A DNA stretch of 64,000 nucleotides, taken from IMG/VR virus record IMGVR_UViG_3300031993_000049. One strand, given 5' to 3'. This DNA comes from a virus. Lineage: Duplodnaviria; Heunggongvirae; Uroviricota; Caudoviricetes. The position numbers and the translations under genes were made by a program. The notes under the pieces are model-generated. The model was given only the letters and a program-made list of their open reading frames with translations, made no database searches and was not told the origin of the DNA. Shown here piece by piece: positions 28,242 to 38,096 of this stretch. Position 1 is the stretch's first letter. Each line of letters opens with the position of its first letter.

Positions 28242-28658
28242 ATGGAAGAAAAAGAATTTATTGTAAATGAAAAAAGAATCCCTATGATTCTAAAGGACAT
28301 TAAATATGTTCTGCAAGAGGTTTATGATAATTTTAGGGCTGTTGGAGATACAAATGAATACTTGGAAAAAGAAAATAAGAGATTGAAATCTGAGCAATAC
28401 AAAGACGAGGAACTTTCAAGACTGAAAGAAGAAAACGAAAGGCTCAAAGCAGATTATTACAGAGGATTTCCAATTTCTGAAGAAGAGAAAAAGAAAATTG
28501 ACGAGTGGAAAGATTCACTACCAGAAGTTCCTATTTCAAAATTGGGATCAATTGGTGGAAGGTATACTTACGAATTTACCCCAACATCAATTGGTATTTC
28601 TGGAACAATTCGTGACTCAATATCTGGTAGAAGTTTTGAATTTCAAGAACTTAGTTAA
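28242..28658 (+). CDS. hypothetical coiled-coil protein
   Basis: Co-oriented ORF. Confidence 0.65.
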   Translation: MEEKEFIVNEKRIPMILKDIKYVLQEVYDNFRAVGDTNEYLEKENKRLKSEQYKDEELSRLKEENERLKADYYRGFPISEEEKKKIDEWKDSLPEVPISKLGSIGGRYTYEFTPTSIGISGTIRDSISGRSFEFQELS

Positions 28659-28659
28659 T

Positions 28660-28854
28660 ATGGAAAAGAAACCGTTGAAAGAATTAACAGATGAAGAATT
28701 GGATGTTAGAATCATCTATTCTGGCCTGGATGATATTGTTGAAAACTTGGAACGTATGACAAGTGGAAACTTTATGCATAACAAGATGAACTGTATCTAT
28801 ATGGCAAAACAAGTTAGACAAGCAGTTGAACGTTTAGGAATTAAAGAAGTATGA
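28660..28854 (+). CDS. hypothetical protein
   Basis: Track ORF 28498 trimmed to the ATG 2 nt after upstream stop. Confidence 0.55.
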   Translation: MEKKPLKELTDEELDVRIIYSGLDDIVENLERMTSGNFMHNKMNCIYMAKQVRQAVERLGIKEV

Positions 28855-29255
28855 CGGATTATATGCACCTGTCAATCGAAGAGATTGATAAAAAAATAGC
28901 AGAAAACGACAAAGTTCTCAAGAAGTACTGGGAAATGGAGACTGGTTCATGGGAAGAGTATCGTGAATTGTGTCAACCTTATTGGGATGATAACAGCGAT
29001 TTGGAGGCAGCAAAGACATTGAAGACACCCCGCGAAGAAATCGAACTAAGGCCATTTTCAGAACTTGATAAAGAATGTCTAATGGACATTAAGGACTTTA
29101 CCGAATGCTGCAAAGAAGGATTTTTAACGTCCTGGGATGGCGTTGGTTATTATGCAACAGAGGATTCAGTTTCTTGGCTTATTGCTAGTACGTACGCATT
29201 CAAGCACGGTATGATCCGTCCAGACTTTGATTATGTTTGTTGGTACAATAAATGA
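28851..29255 (+). CDS. hypothetical protein
   Basis: 4-nt overlap. Confidence 0.65.
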   Translation: MTDYMHLSIEEIDKKIAENDKVLKKYWEMETGSWEEYRELCQPYWDDNSDLEAAKTLKTPREEIELRPFSELDKECLMDIKDFTECCKEGFLTSWDGVGYYATEDSVSWLIASTYAFKHGMIRPDFDYVCWYNK

Positions 29256-29355
29256 ATACAGAAAAAGTAATTGAGATTATATACGTATTACTGGTGGCAG
29301 GTGGATTATTCTATCTTCTAAAAGATGCGTATGACACTTTATTCAAAAAATAATT

Positions 29356-29922
29356 ATGACAGTAATATACGGAAATCGTGGAGATATGGACACCCTTATG
29401 CTACCTAGCATATGGGAGAGATTAGACAATGTAAATGTTGTTGAAATCGGTCTTAGAACGTTTCACTTCGAAGATAGAGTAGCAGAGGCAATAGCCAATG
29501 AGGATGATACTCTTATTCTTTGCGGCCACGGAACGTCCTGGGGCCTTCTACACCCCAATTTCCATACTGGACAGTATATTATTCACGAGAACAATTATCG
29601 TGACATACACGCAAGAAATTTGATATGTGTATGGTGCCATGCTGCTGACTTTGCTGAGAGATATCACGTAAACGGTTTTTTTAGTTCAATGTTCATATCG
29701 AACGTTAATGAAGCACAAGAGCACCTTGGTAATGGTACAGACCTTACACAAGATCAGATTGGAGACTCGGAATTGATATTCTGCAGAAGACTTAATGCAC
29801 TTCTTAGGGATGGTACACCACTTAACGAGTGGGTGCCTACTTTGAAGAGTTTAATGAATGAAAATAATATGGTGGAGAGATATAATTATAATGGTTTAAA
29901 ATTTTTTGAGAATTATGAATGA
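29356..29922 (+). CDS. hypothetical protein
   Basis: Co-oriented ORF. Confidence 0.7.
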   Translation: MTVIYGNRGDMDTLMLPSIWERLDNVNVVEIGLRTFHFEDRVAEAIANEDDTLILCGHGTSWGLLHPNFHTGQYIIHENNYRDIHARNLICVWCHAADFAERYHVNGFFSSMFISNVNEAQEHLGNGTDLTQDQIGDSELIFCRRLNALLRDGTPLNEWVPTLKSLMNENNMVERYNYNGLKFFENYE

Positions 29923-31384
29923 GATTTTTACACAAAGTGAAAACATCAAGCACGAGTACTGTTGTACTATCGTGCGCATCGGCGAGATCAAGCCAATCGA
30001 GGGCAGGGATCGAATTGTACAGACACTGGTAAACGGTTTGTCTATGGTAATTCGTAAGGACCAGGTAAAAGAGGGTGACCTTATGATTTACGCGATGAAC
30101 GAAACACAGTTGTCCGAGAAGTTCCTTGCTGCTAATAACCTGTATGCTATCGACTGTTACGAAAAGAACAGTAATGCCCCAGAGGTGGGTCAATTACTAT
30201 TCGACGGTAAGAACGATGAGGCAAAGGAACACGTTGGTTTCTTCAATAAGTATGGCCGAGTGAAATTGATTAGACTTGGTGGTGTACCTTCATTCGGATA
30301 CCTCTTCACTGTTAACGAACTTGCAAAGGTATATCCTGAGGTTCTTAATGTTAACCTTGAGGAACTGGTAGACACCGACTTCGATACCGTATGCGGTGAG
30401 GAATTTGTAAAGGTATATATGCCACCTGTAAAGGAAGCAACACCTCGTGGTTCAAAGGAAGCAAAAATGCAGCGTAAACTCGCTAAGTTTGATCGTATGC
30501 TTCCAGGCCAGTTTGCTTTCCACTATGAGACAAAGCAACTCGCAAGGTACATTTCTTACATCAAGCCTACCGACGTGGTAACCATTTCTGTTAAGATGGA
30601 CGGTACTTCATTTATTGTTGGTAATATCCTTGTTAAGTTCCCTAAGTGGGATGGTTTCTACAAGAAGATATTCCCATATCTTCCTAAGTTCCTACAATTC
30701 ACTCGCGAGGATTATGATATTGTTTATTCTTCACGTAAGGTGATTATCAATAAGGATATTAATCCTAACAAGGGTGAAGGATGGGATGGTGGTTCTGTAC
30801 AGAAGGCCATTACTGTAGTTGCCGATCTTATCAGGGACTATGTTCCTAAGGATATGACTATCTACGGTGAGATTGTTGGTTATTACAATCAGACTAACAA
30901 GGCTATCCAAACTCGTGGTGGTAAGGATTATGACTATGGTTGCCCAGTGGGTACCAACAGGTTTATGCCTTATCGAATTGTTACAAAGAACGAGGATGGT
31001 ACAAATCACGAATGGAACGTTTGTGAGGTTTACGATTGGACTATCAATTTCATGAAGGAACATGAGGACCTTGCTAAGTACGTACAACCAATCGTTATCG
31101 TTTACCACGGTACGCTTGCTGACCTTTATCCACAACTTGACGTTGAGAATCATTGGCACGAGAATGTTCTTGAGGCTATGAAGAACGACAAGAAGACACT
31201 TGGTCTTGAGGTATATGAGCCAATGTGTAAGGATAAGGTATGGCGTGAAGGTGTAGTACTCCGTGTTGACGACGATATGGTTAACGAAGCCTTCAAGTTG
31301 AAGAGTGTTAAATACTCTGAGAAGGAACGTGAGGATTACGACAAGGGTGTCATTGACCAGGAAGCAATGGAAGGATACCTTTAA
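29915..31384 (+). CDS. ATP-dependent RNA ligase-like nucleotidyltransferase with N-terminal OB-fold (tRNA-binding-domain-like) extension
   Basis: Motif I VKMDGTS (KxDG), motif III IYGEIVGYY, motif IV REGVVLRV, motif V FKLKSVKY. N-terminal EYCCTIVRIGEIKPIEGRDRIVQTLVNG resembles an OB domain. Track start 29906 is TTG; ATG used. Confidence 0.75.
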   Translation: MNEIFTQSENIKHEYCCTIVRIGEIKPIEGRDRIVQTLVNGLSMVIRKDQVKEGDLMIYAMNETQLSEKFLAANNLYAIDCYEKNSNAPEVGQLLFDGKNDEAKEHVGFFNKYGRVKLIRLGGVPSFGYLFTVNELAKVYPEVLNVNLEELVDTDFDTVCGEEFVKVYMPPVKEATPRGSKEAKMQRKLAKFDRMLPGQFAFHYETKQLARYISYIKPTDVVTISVKMDGTSFIVGNILVKFPKWDGFYKKIFPYLPKFLQFTREDYDIVYSSRKVIINKDINPNKGEGWDGGSVQKAITVVADLIRDYVPKDMTIYGEIVGYYNQTNKAIQTRGGKDYDYGCPVGTNRFMPYRIVTKNEDGTNHEWNVCEVYDWTINFMKEHEDLAKYVQPIVIVYHGTLADLYPQLDVENHWHENVLEAMKNDKKTLGLEVYEPMCKDKVWREGVVLRVDDDMVNEAFKLKSVKYSEKEREDYDKGVIDQEAMEGYL

Positions 31385-31391
31385 CATTCGA

Positions 31392-31428
31392 AAGGCAGGC
31401 TGAAAGGCTTGCCTTTTTAATTTTTTTT
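31392..31428 (+). terminator. intrinsic terminator (AAGGCAGGC-TGAAAG-GCTTGCCTT plus T-run)
   Basis: 9-bp stem with one G.U. Followed by TTTTTAATTTTTTTT, then GTATATTTAAAC. Confidence 0.65.
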
Positions 31429-31458
31429 GTATATTTAAACAATAAAAGATAATTAACT

Positions 31459-31986
31459 ATGGGATACGAAATTTCATTTAAACCTACAGAAGAGGCGATG
31501 GCTAAATTAAAGCCCTGGGGTGATTCATACCAATCATCAACCAAGAAACAACGAATTGAGTTGATTGCATATTGTATGAGAAAGTCGGATGAACCGACAA
31601 TAAAAATATATGATAACATTAATTTCTATCTTAGATTTTTGAAAGAAAGTGTTAGAACCGACGAACGCGCATTTGCTTATAAAAGATGGAAAGAAAACGA
31701 AGAAAAAGAAATATGGTATTGCGGTTGGGAATTTTCCCGTCCTTCCAGTGTCGACATTGATGAGGTTATTGAATTTACAACACAGGAATTAACAATTTTA
31801 ACCGCTGTGGTTGAAACACCAGACTATTTTGAAAATAACGATAAATTCTACGAAAAGTATCGTGAAGTGATAAAAAGAATTGACGATTTCATTGACACAA
31901 TGGAAGAAGTTACTATACATGAAATAATTGAAGAACTTGACGAATTTAAAGAGAAATACGAAGAAGAAAATGATCAAGAAGTATAG
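31459..31986 (+). CDS. hypothetical acidic protein
   Basis: Co-oriented ORF. Confidence 0.65.
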   Translation: MGYEISFKPTEEAMAKLKPWGDSYQSSTKKQRIELIAYCMRKSDEPTIKIYDNINFYLRFLKESVRTDERAFAYKRWKENEEKEIWYCGWEFSRPSSVDIDEVIEFTTQELTILTAVVETPDYFENNDKFYEKYREVIKRIDDFIDTMEEVTIHEIIEELDEFKEKYEEENDQEV

Positions 31987-32884
31987 AATAATAGGGGATA
32001 TTCATGGTAGAACTAATTGGCATAAGTTAGTAGAACCATTTGACGAAGAAACAATGTACATCTTCGTCGGGGATTATGTGGACCCATACTATCATCTGGA
32101 AGATGTTACATTTGATCAAATGTTTTCTGAAATGGAATCTATCTTCAAAATGAAACAGGAACATCCTGATAATGTAATTATTCTGCTTGGTAACCACGAT
32201 CTTCAATATATTATAAAATATGGAGAAACAAGTCGTTATGAAATAAGCATCAGTAAAAGGAACAAATTGTTCAACTTTTTTGACGAGAATTTGAAATATA
32301 CAGATGGTGTTGCGTATCAAATTAACAACAAATATCTTATCACGCACGCTGGTGTTACTAAAGAGTGGTATGAAACATACTTTGGCGAATTTAAAAAAGA
32401 CACAACGCTTGAAGAAATAGTTAAAAACATAAATGAACTGTGGGAAAACAACAAGTCTGCATTTTATTTTTGTGGTAAATTCTCAGATTCTTACGGTGTA
32501 TCGGAATCTCAAGGACCATTATGGATACGACCTGAAACATTATGGTATGCAAATTTATTTGGCTTTGACAGTGGTATAATTCAAATTGTTGGACATACAC
32601 CATATGAATCAGATTTCCCTGGTTTGGCACCTAATGATGATAATCGTATAGCAACAATTGGCACCGTAAAAATACCAGCAGACAAAGAAGAAATCGAAAA
32701 TGATTTATATTTTAATGACGGTACAAATATTTGTCAACGAATTGATAATAAACCATTACATGTAGATATTATACTCGTTGATTGTTTACGTCGGGAAACC
32801 GCTTGTCTCGACATTGGTGCTGAAACTAACGGTTGGAAACAAGTATATTTTGGTGATGTTGAAAATAAAAAAATTAAATGGTAA
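31970..32884 (+). CDS. calcineurin-like metallophosphoesterase 1
   Basis: IIGDIHGR, VGDYVD, GNHD, HAGV motifs. Track start 31928 is TTG; ATG at 31970 used. Confidence 0.8.
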   Translation: MIKKYRIIGDIHGRTNWHKLVEPFDEETMYIFVGDYVDPYYHLEDVTFDQMFSEMESIFKMKQEHPDNVIILLGNHDLQYIIKYGETSRYEISISKRNKLFNFFDENLKYTDGVAYQINNKYLITHAGVTKEWYETYFGEFKKDTTLEEIVKNINELWENNKSAFYFCGKFSDSYGVSESQGPLWIRPETLWYANLFGFDSGIIQIVGHTPYESDFPGLAPNDDNRIATIGTVKIPADKEEIENDLYFNDGTNICQRIDNKPLHVDIILVDCLRRETACLDIGAETNGWKQVYFGDVENKKIKW

Positions 32885-33498
32885 ATATGGAATATAATTA
32901 TAAATTTACAAGTGGTAAGAATATTTGGTTTACATCTGATATTCATTTTAATCATAAAAACATAATTAAGTACTGCCAACGTCCCTGGGAAACAGTAGAC
33001 GAAATGAATGAGGCGTTAATTGCCAACTGGAATTCGGTTGTTAAAAAAGACGACACGGTATTTATACTCGGAGACATTGGATTTGGAAGTGTTACTAAGA
33101 CAGTAGAATTGGTGTCACGATTAAACGGGCATAAAATTCTATTACCTGGTAATCATGATAGGGAATTCATTCATAAAGAAGAGGTTAGAGCGTTATTTGA
33201 CGACATCCTACCATTGGCATATATTAAAATTGAAGAATTTCATATATATTTATGTCACTTCCCATTCTTATGTTTCGACGGTGCATACAGTGGTGAAAAA
33301 GCAACTTGGCAATTGTTTGGCCACTGCCACTCAAAGAAAGGTTCATTTGGATTGGATTCACAAAGATTGATTCATTGTTATCCTACACAATATGATGTAG
33401 GTGTTGACAATAACAATTATTTTCCAATCTCATTTGAAACGGTTAAGGAAAAAATTTATGATCAGCAACAAAGTTTAAATTTGATTAGAGAATGTTAA
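32878..33498 (+). CDS. calcineurin-like metallophosphoesterase 2
   Basis: FTSDIHFNH, LGDIGFG, GNHD, GHCH motifs. Confidence 0.8.
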   Translation: MVNMEYNYKFTSGKNIWFTSDIHFNHKNIIKYCQRPWETVDEMNEALIANWNSVVKKDDTVFILGDIGFGSVTKTVELVSRLNGHKILLPGNHDREFIHKEEVRALFDDILPLAYIKIEEFHIYLCHFPFLCFDGAYSGEKATWQLFGHCHSKKGSFGLDSQRLIHCYPTQYDVGVDNNNYFPISFETVKEKIYDQQQSLNLIREC

Positions 33499-33734
33499 TA
33501 GAATTTAAGAAAGAGGTAAACTTCTGCAGTTTATGTCCTCATGGATTTACAGATGGCCCGTACTGGAACCCTGATTTTGAAGAGGAAGATTATAAGGTTT
33601 ATTGCATGATATTGGACAAAGTAGTTCACGAAGATTTACATTGGACTGAATGCGCAGCCAAGACTTCAAAAAGAACTGGGCTTGATGTACCTGGAGATTT
33701 TTGCCCGTTTAGTGAAAATAACAAACAACAATAA
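33492..33734 (+). CDS. hypothetical Cys-containing protein
   Basis: Co-oriented ORF. Confidence 0.55.
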   Translation: MLIEFKKEVNFCSLCPHGFTDGPYWNPDFEEEDYKVYCMILDKVVHEDLHWTECAAKTSKRTGLDVPGDFCPFSENNKQQ

Positions 33735-33753
33735 TAATTAAAAATTAAAAAGT

Positions 33754-34629
33754 ATGAAGAAATTATTTTATTTATTTGCATTAGTTGGTTCGCTAATGCT
33801 TGCAAGTTGCAATCCAGAACCAAAGCCAGCAGAGGTAACATTTGCAATTGGTGTTAGTGACATTACTGCTACTAGCGCACTTGTTACAGTTACTCCTTCT
33901 GACACAAACGCACTTTATTACTTCGACCTTTTCTCACAGGAAGTATATGATGAGTTCGAGACACCTACACAGGCTGCTGAGGACCTTCTACAATACATTC
34001 TTGATGGTGTTGAGGAATATCAAGAGTATGGTTATGACGTAGAACTTGTAGACTGGTTGTCTCAAGGCCAAGATCACTATGAATTCAGTACCCTAAGTCC
34101 TGAGACTTCATATGTAGTTGTTGCATTTAGAGTTGACACAGCAACAAGTGCAGTTGTAGGTACTGTTTATCACGAGGCTTTCACAACACATCCAGTTGAA
34201 CAGGTCGATCTTACATTTAATACCGAAGTAACTGATACAGCAATTTGGTTTGTACCAAATCTTGATGAGGTTGAATATTTCGCCACATTTATTGATGCAG
34301 ATACACTACAGGCATATGGTGTTACCGCTACTGAATATTTTGAGTATTTGGTAACTTACTACGGCGAATACATTGAATACTTCACAATGCACGGACCTAT
34401 CTATGTGGAACTTAGTGAGTTGAATCCTGGCTCTGATTACGTTTTCTTAGCACAGGCATACACAGGTGGTGTATGGAACTCAGATTTGTTCGCTGGATAT
34501 TTTAGCGCACCTACTGATGAACCAGCAGAAATTGCTCCTTCACGTCAGAAGATGTCATTCAATCACAAGGTCTATAAGAAGATGGCCAAGAGATTGACTA
34601 TTGAAAATAACAAAATTCAAAAACTCTAA
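33754..34629 (+). CDS. putative lipoprotein
   Basis: Signal peptide MKKLFYLFALVGSLMLASC with lipobox. Confidence 0.75.
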   Translation: MKKLFYLFALVGSLMLASCNPEPKPAEVTFAIGVSDITATSALVTVTPSDTNALYYFDLFSQEVYDEFETPTQAAEDLLQYILDGVEEYQEYGYDVELVDWLSQGQDHYEFSTLSPETSYVVVAFRVDTATSAVVGTVYHEAFTTHPVEQVDLTFNTEVTDTAIWFVPNLDEVEYFATFIDADTLQAYGVTATEYFEYLVTYYGEYIEYFTMHGPIYVELSELNPGSDYVFLAQAYTGGVWNSDLFAGYFSAPTDEPAEIAPSRQKMSFNHKVYKKMAKRLTIENNKIQKL

Positions 34630-34635
34630 TTAATT

Positions 34636-34854
34636 ATGAAGAATTGGACATGGCAACAGTGGACTGCACTTGGTATCATCGCTGCAGTCATTATCGCAGC
34701 AGTTGTACTTCACTTGGTACAACCTGAGGTATCATTTGCCTTCTTCGAGATTGGTGCCCTTGTAATGTTCGCCGTAGGCGTTGTTGCAGGATATCTTTTG
34801 AAGAAGAAGAACATTGTTAACGAAGAACCCGCAAAGCAACTTCTAAAAGACTAA
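34636..34854 (+). CDS. small membrane protein
   Basis: Hydrophobic ORF. Confidence 0.6.
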   Translation: MKNWTWQQWTALGIIAAVIIAAVVLHLVQPEVSFAFFEIGALVMFAVGVVAGYLLKKKNIVNEEPAKQLLKD

Positions 34855-34858
34855 AAGT

Positions 34859-35599
34859 ATGAAGATTTGCGCTATATCTGATTTACACGGAACGCTCCCC
34901 AGTATTGGGGAGTGCGACGTGGTTTTCATTTGCGGTGATATCTTTCCGACCAGGATTGATACGATGACAAAAGAATGCCACGAGTGGTTCAACGGTCCAT
35001 TTGCCGATTGGATCAATGAGTTACCTTGCAAACAAGTTTTTCTTATTGCTGGTAATCACGATTTTTATTTGGAAAGCGAATTGTCATACTTCGGTGAAAA
35101 TGAACAACACTATACTGAATTAAGCCGAATTAAAAGAATTATTCGTGAAAACGAGAAAATGAAGGATAAACTTGTGTACCTTCAAGATGAAAGTTATACA
35201 CTTGAAAACGGTATGAAAGTTTATGGTACACCTTGGTGTATTAGTCCTAAAGGATTTGCTTTCATTGATAGTTCAGGAAAACCATATGAAGAAATTCCAA
35301 TGGATTGTGACATCTTGTTAGTACATCAGCCACCAAGGGTAGGTAAATTAGGGTGTTCAAATCCTAATACACAATATGAAGTTAACTATGCAAGTAAATC
35401 ACTTGCAAATGCAATTGCTGACAGACATATCAAGTATGTGTTCTGTGGGCATATTCATAGTGGAATTCACGGTGGTATATACGTAGATGATACAAAAGAA
35501 ACATTATATCCGTTCTACAAGGATACTTTGTATTATAACGTATCAATTAAAGATGAAGAATATAAGGTTCGTTATGAACCAACTTTTGTAATGATATAA
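34859..35599 (+). CDS. calcineurin-like metallophosphoesterase 3
   Basis: ISDLHG, CGDIF, AGNHDF, GHIH motifs. Confidence 0.8.
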   Translation: MKICAISDLHGTLPSIGECDVVFICGDIFPTRIDTMTKECHEWFNGPFADWINELPCKQVFLIAGNHDFYLESELSYFGENEQHYTELSRIKRIIRENEKMKDKLVYLQDESYTLENGMKVYGTPWCISPKGFAFIDSSGKPYEEIPMDCDILLVHQPPRVGKLGCSNPNTQYEVNYASKSLANAIADRHIKYVFCGHIHSGIHGGIYVDDTKETLYPFYKDTLYYNVSIKDEEYKVRYEPTFVMI

Positions 35600-36109
35600 A
35601 TGGAAACACTTAAATTTAAAAAAGTAGATGAACGTGCGGTAATACCGTTCTATGCACATCCAGGGGATATCGGGATGGATGTTGTAGGTATTGACCTCAC
35701 TTATGATTTGGAACACGATATGTATATTTATCGCACTGGACTTGCGTGTGAAATGGCACCTGGCTTTGCTATGTTCTGCCTCCCACAGAGTCGTAACACC
35801 AAGACTGAGGGTTATATTCCTAACTCACCTGGTCTTGTGGATCCAGCAACCTATCGTGGAGAGATACAATTCCGATATAAAAACCGTGATAAACTCAACG
35901 TTTGTTGGTTAACCAAAAAGTTGTATGATAAGTTTGACTTTATAAAGGCCAGAATTGACCGTTACGCGCTTTCTAAGGCACCTTATGCCGTCGGTGAACG
36001 AATTGGTCAATTCGTAATAGTTAAGGTCCCAGAAGTCGAAATTATTGAGACTAATGAATTATCCGAAACAAGTCGTGGTACTGGCGGATTTGGTAGCACA
36101 GGTAAATAA
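35600..36109 (+). CDS. dut: dUTP diphosphatase
   Basis: dUTPase motifs: PGDIGMDV, VDPATYRGEIQF, RGTGGFGSTGK. Confidence 0.9.
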   Translation: METLKFKKVDERAVIPFYAHPGDIGMDVVGIDLTYDLEHDMYIYRTGLACEMAPGFAMFCLPQSRNTKTEGYIPNSPGLVDPATYRGEIQFRYKNRDKLNVCWLTKKLYDKFDFIKARIDRYALSKAPYAVGERIGQFVIVKVPEVEIIETNELSETSRGTGGFGSTGK

Positions 36110-36110
36110 T

Positions 36111-36467
36111 ATGAAAATCGCAATTGTAGGTAGCAGGATATTTAACGATTATGACAAGTTGGAATCGTTCATAACGAACACTTGTCAGGACAACGACTAC
36201 GAAGTTACCGAAGTTATATCTGGTGGTGCCAGGGGTGCTGATTCACTTGGAGAATTGTACGCAAAAAAATACGGACTGAAAACTACGATCTTCAAACCTG
36301 ATTGGGAAAAATACGGTAAGAGTGCTGGATTTAGAAGAAACGTAGATATTATCAAAGCCTGTGACATTTGCTTTGCATTCTGGGATGGTGAATCTCACGG
36401 CACCAAACACGACATTGAGTTGTGTAAACAATACGATAAACCTTGTTATATTTGTTATTTTAAATAA
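36111..36467 (+). CDS. SLOG-family (DUF2493/YspA-like) Rossmann protein
   Basis: MKIAIVGSR ... ISGGARGADSLGELYAKKYG ... GFRRN. Track start 36045 is TTG inside dut. Confidence 0.8.
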   Translation: MKIAIVGSRIFNDYDKLESFITNTCQDNDYEVTEVISGGARGADSLGELYAKKYGLKTTIFKPDWEKYGKSAGFRRNVDIIKACDICFAFWDGESHGTKHDIELCKQYDKPCYICYFK

Positions 36468-36469
36468 TT

Positions 36470-36880
36470 ATGAGAATAATTGATTCATTTAGAGAGTTTC
36501 ATAAAATCGTACGTAAGTACTTTAAGAGACATTGTGTGAAACGTGTTGATTATTTCAGCACTGGAAGATGTGTTTCTTATTGGGAGAAGGAAGATTGGAT
36601 TGGCATTGCAATCACGAAACCAGAACAATTGGAAGATATTGGCATTGTCAGGTCCGTTGAATTAATGGTTGATCCAATGGTACGTGCTGAATTTATTCAC
36701 GATTTTAGAAAATATCTCAAGGAACCTCATCAGTTATTTGATGAAGGTGGTATTGTTTACAACCTACTTGGTTTGATGTTAACAAATCGAGACGTATATT
36801 ACCTGGTAGAAAAAGACGGACAACAATACTTGCGTCCTATTTACGATTATAAAGAAAAACATTTAATTCAAAAAGTATGA
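36470..36880 (+). CDS. hypothetical protein
   Basis: Co-oriented ORF. Confidence 0.65.
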   Translation: MRIIDSFREFHKIVRKYFKRHCVKRVDYFSTGRCVSYWEKEDWIGIAITKPEQLEDIGIVRSVELMVDPMVRAEFIHDFRKYLKEPHQLFDEGGIVYNLLGLMLTNRDVYYLVEKDGQQYLRPIYDYKEKHLIQKV

Positions 36881-37302
36881 GTGAACCAAAAGAAATAAAA
36901 ATGGGTGTTATTGCTGACTTATGGCGTGATATCTGTAATGACTATTTGTACTTTTTTTGTGAAAAGCATAAATTCAGATATGACGATACAATGTGGGTTG
37001 CAGACAACCCAGGTACAGTTGTTATGGTTGCTGACATGTACATTGATATGGAAGATATTCGTTACGACATCGATAACAAAGTGAGAGAAGATAAGTTCGA
37101 AAAGTGGTACTGGAAAAATCTAGAACTCCACGAACTTGGTGTAAAACACTGGATGAATTATTCCAGTTATTGTAAAGGTGCTCCAGACGAATGGACCGAG
37201 GAACGTATGAACAAGGCACGTGAAATGCGTAAAGGCATTCATGAACTTGAGGAAAATTTAAGAGAACTAATTGAAGAAACAGGACATGAACCAGAATTTT
37301 AA
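36877..37302 (+). CDS. hypothetical protein
   Basis: 4-nt overlap. Confidence 0.65.
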   Translation: MSEPKEIKMGVIADLWRDICNDYLYFFCEKHKFRYDDTMWVADNPGTVVMVADMYIDMEDIRYDIDNKVREDKFEKWYWKNLELHELGVKHWMNYSSYCKGAPDEWTEERMNKAREMRKGIHELEENLRELIEETGHEPEF

Positions 37303-37304
37303 TT

Positions 37305-38033
37305 ATGGAAAAAGATGTTAAGATAGTAAAGGAATACGATGTTCCACGCAGTAAACAAATAGATGTATTGTGTGGAATGGCAGACGAAAAGGATAGTTTC
37401 GGTATCTGGTTTGCTGCTCATATTAAAACACCAATCCTGGTATGGTGGAATGATCTAATCAATTGTATTAAAAACCATATTCTTTTCCACCAGGAATTGA
37501 AGAAATGGAGAAGTTGGGATTACCATTATCAAGTGGAAATGTTTTCCTTCTGTTTAAGACAGATGTCTGATTATCTTTTTAATAATGGTCACGAGATTTA
37601 TGATACCAGAATTAAAAAAATTAAGGCGATCAATGAACTTGCCAAAGAAATTGAGCGTGACTATGAGGCTGATGTACGTGAACAATTACGTAAGGAAACA
37701 AAGGACCTTGAAGAAAAGGCTACAACTCATGTAACAGAATACGAAGATGGTAGTATTGGTTTCGAAGAAGTTGAAAACGAATACAGTAAAGCAATCCGTG
37801 AGCGGTATAAGAGATACTTTGACGAAATTAAAGAGGCGCGTGAAAAACACTATGATAAGATATTCAAACTTATCAAGGGGCAGGATAAAGATGAAATAAA
37901 TCAACGTATTGAGAATTTCGTTGAACATACCGTTTTTCCAGAAAAAGCAGATAAATGGTCTGTTGAAAAATATCGGCAAGAATTATACAACAGGCTATAC
38001 GACGGTAGTGGTATAGAAAATTGGTGGGATTAA
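37305..38033 (+). CDS. hypothetical protein
   Basis: Followed by terminator. Confidence 0.7.
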   Translation: MEKDVKIVKEYDVPRSKQIDVLCGMADEKDSFGIWFAAHIKTPILVWWNDLINCIKNHILFHQELKKWRSWDYHYQVEMFSFCLRQMSDYLFNNGHEIYDTRIKKIKAINELAKEIERDYEADVREQLRKETKDLEEKATTHVTEYEDGSIGFEEVENEYSKAIRERYKRYFDEIKEAREKHYDKIFKLIKGQDKDEINQRIENFVEHTVFPEKADKWSVEKYRQELYNRLYDGSGIENWWD

Positions 38034-38037
38034 AATT

Positions 38038-38070
38038 ATTGGTTCTCGTTTGGGAACCAATTTTTTTTTT
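38038..38070 (+). terminator. intrinsic terminator (TTGGTTC-loop-GAACCAA plus T10)
   Basis: 7-bp stem, 10 T. Followed by GTATAATTAC. Confidence 0.7.
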
Positions 38071-38096
38071 GTATAATTACTAAAAATATTGATAAT

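Noticed and set aside
28498-28659. Long form of ORF 28498-28854
   Set aside because: Its first 160 nt overlap the previous gene out of frame. An ATG (MEKKPLKEL) sits 2 nt after the upstream stop, so it was trimmed.
30731-31387. 218-aa minus-strand ORF
   Set aside because: It lies entirely inside the + strand ligase gene, which has clear KxDG motifs. It is an antisense artefact.
31928-31969. ORF-track starts at 5766, 21512, 29906, 31928 and 36045, placed inside the upstream gene
   Set aside because: These start codons are TTG lying within the preceding gene. The first in-frame ATG abutting the upstream stop gives the conserved N-termini (for example IIGDIHG and MKIAIVGSR), so the ATG starts were used.
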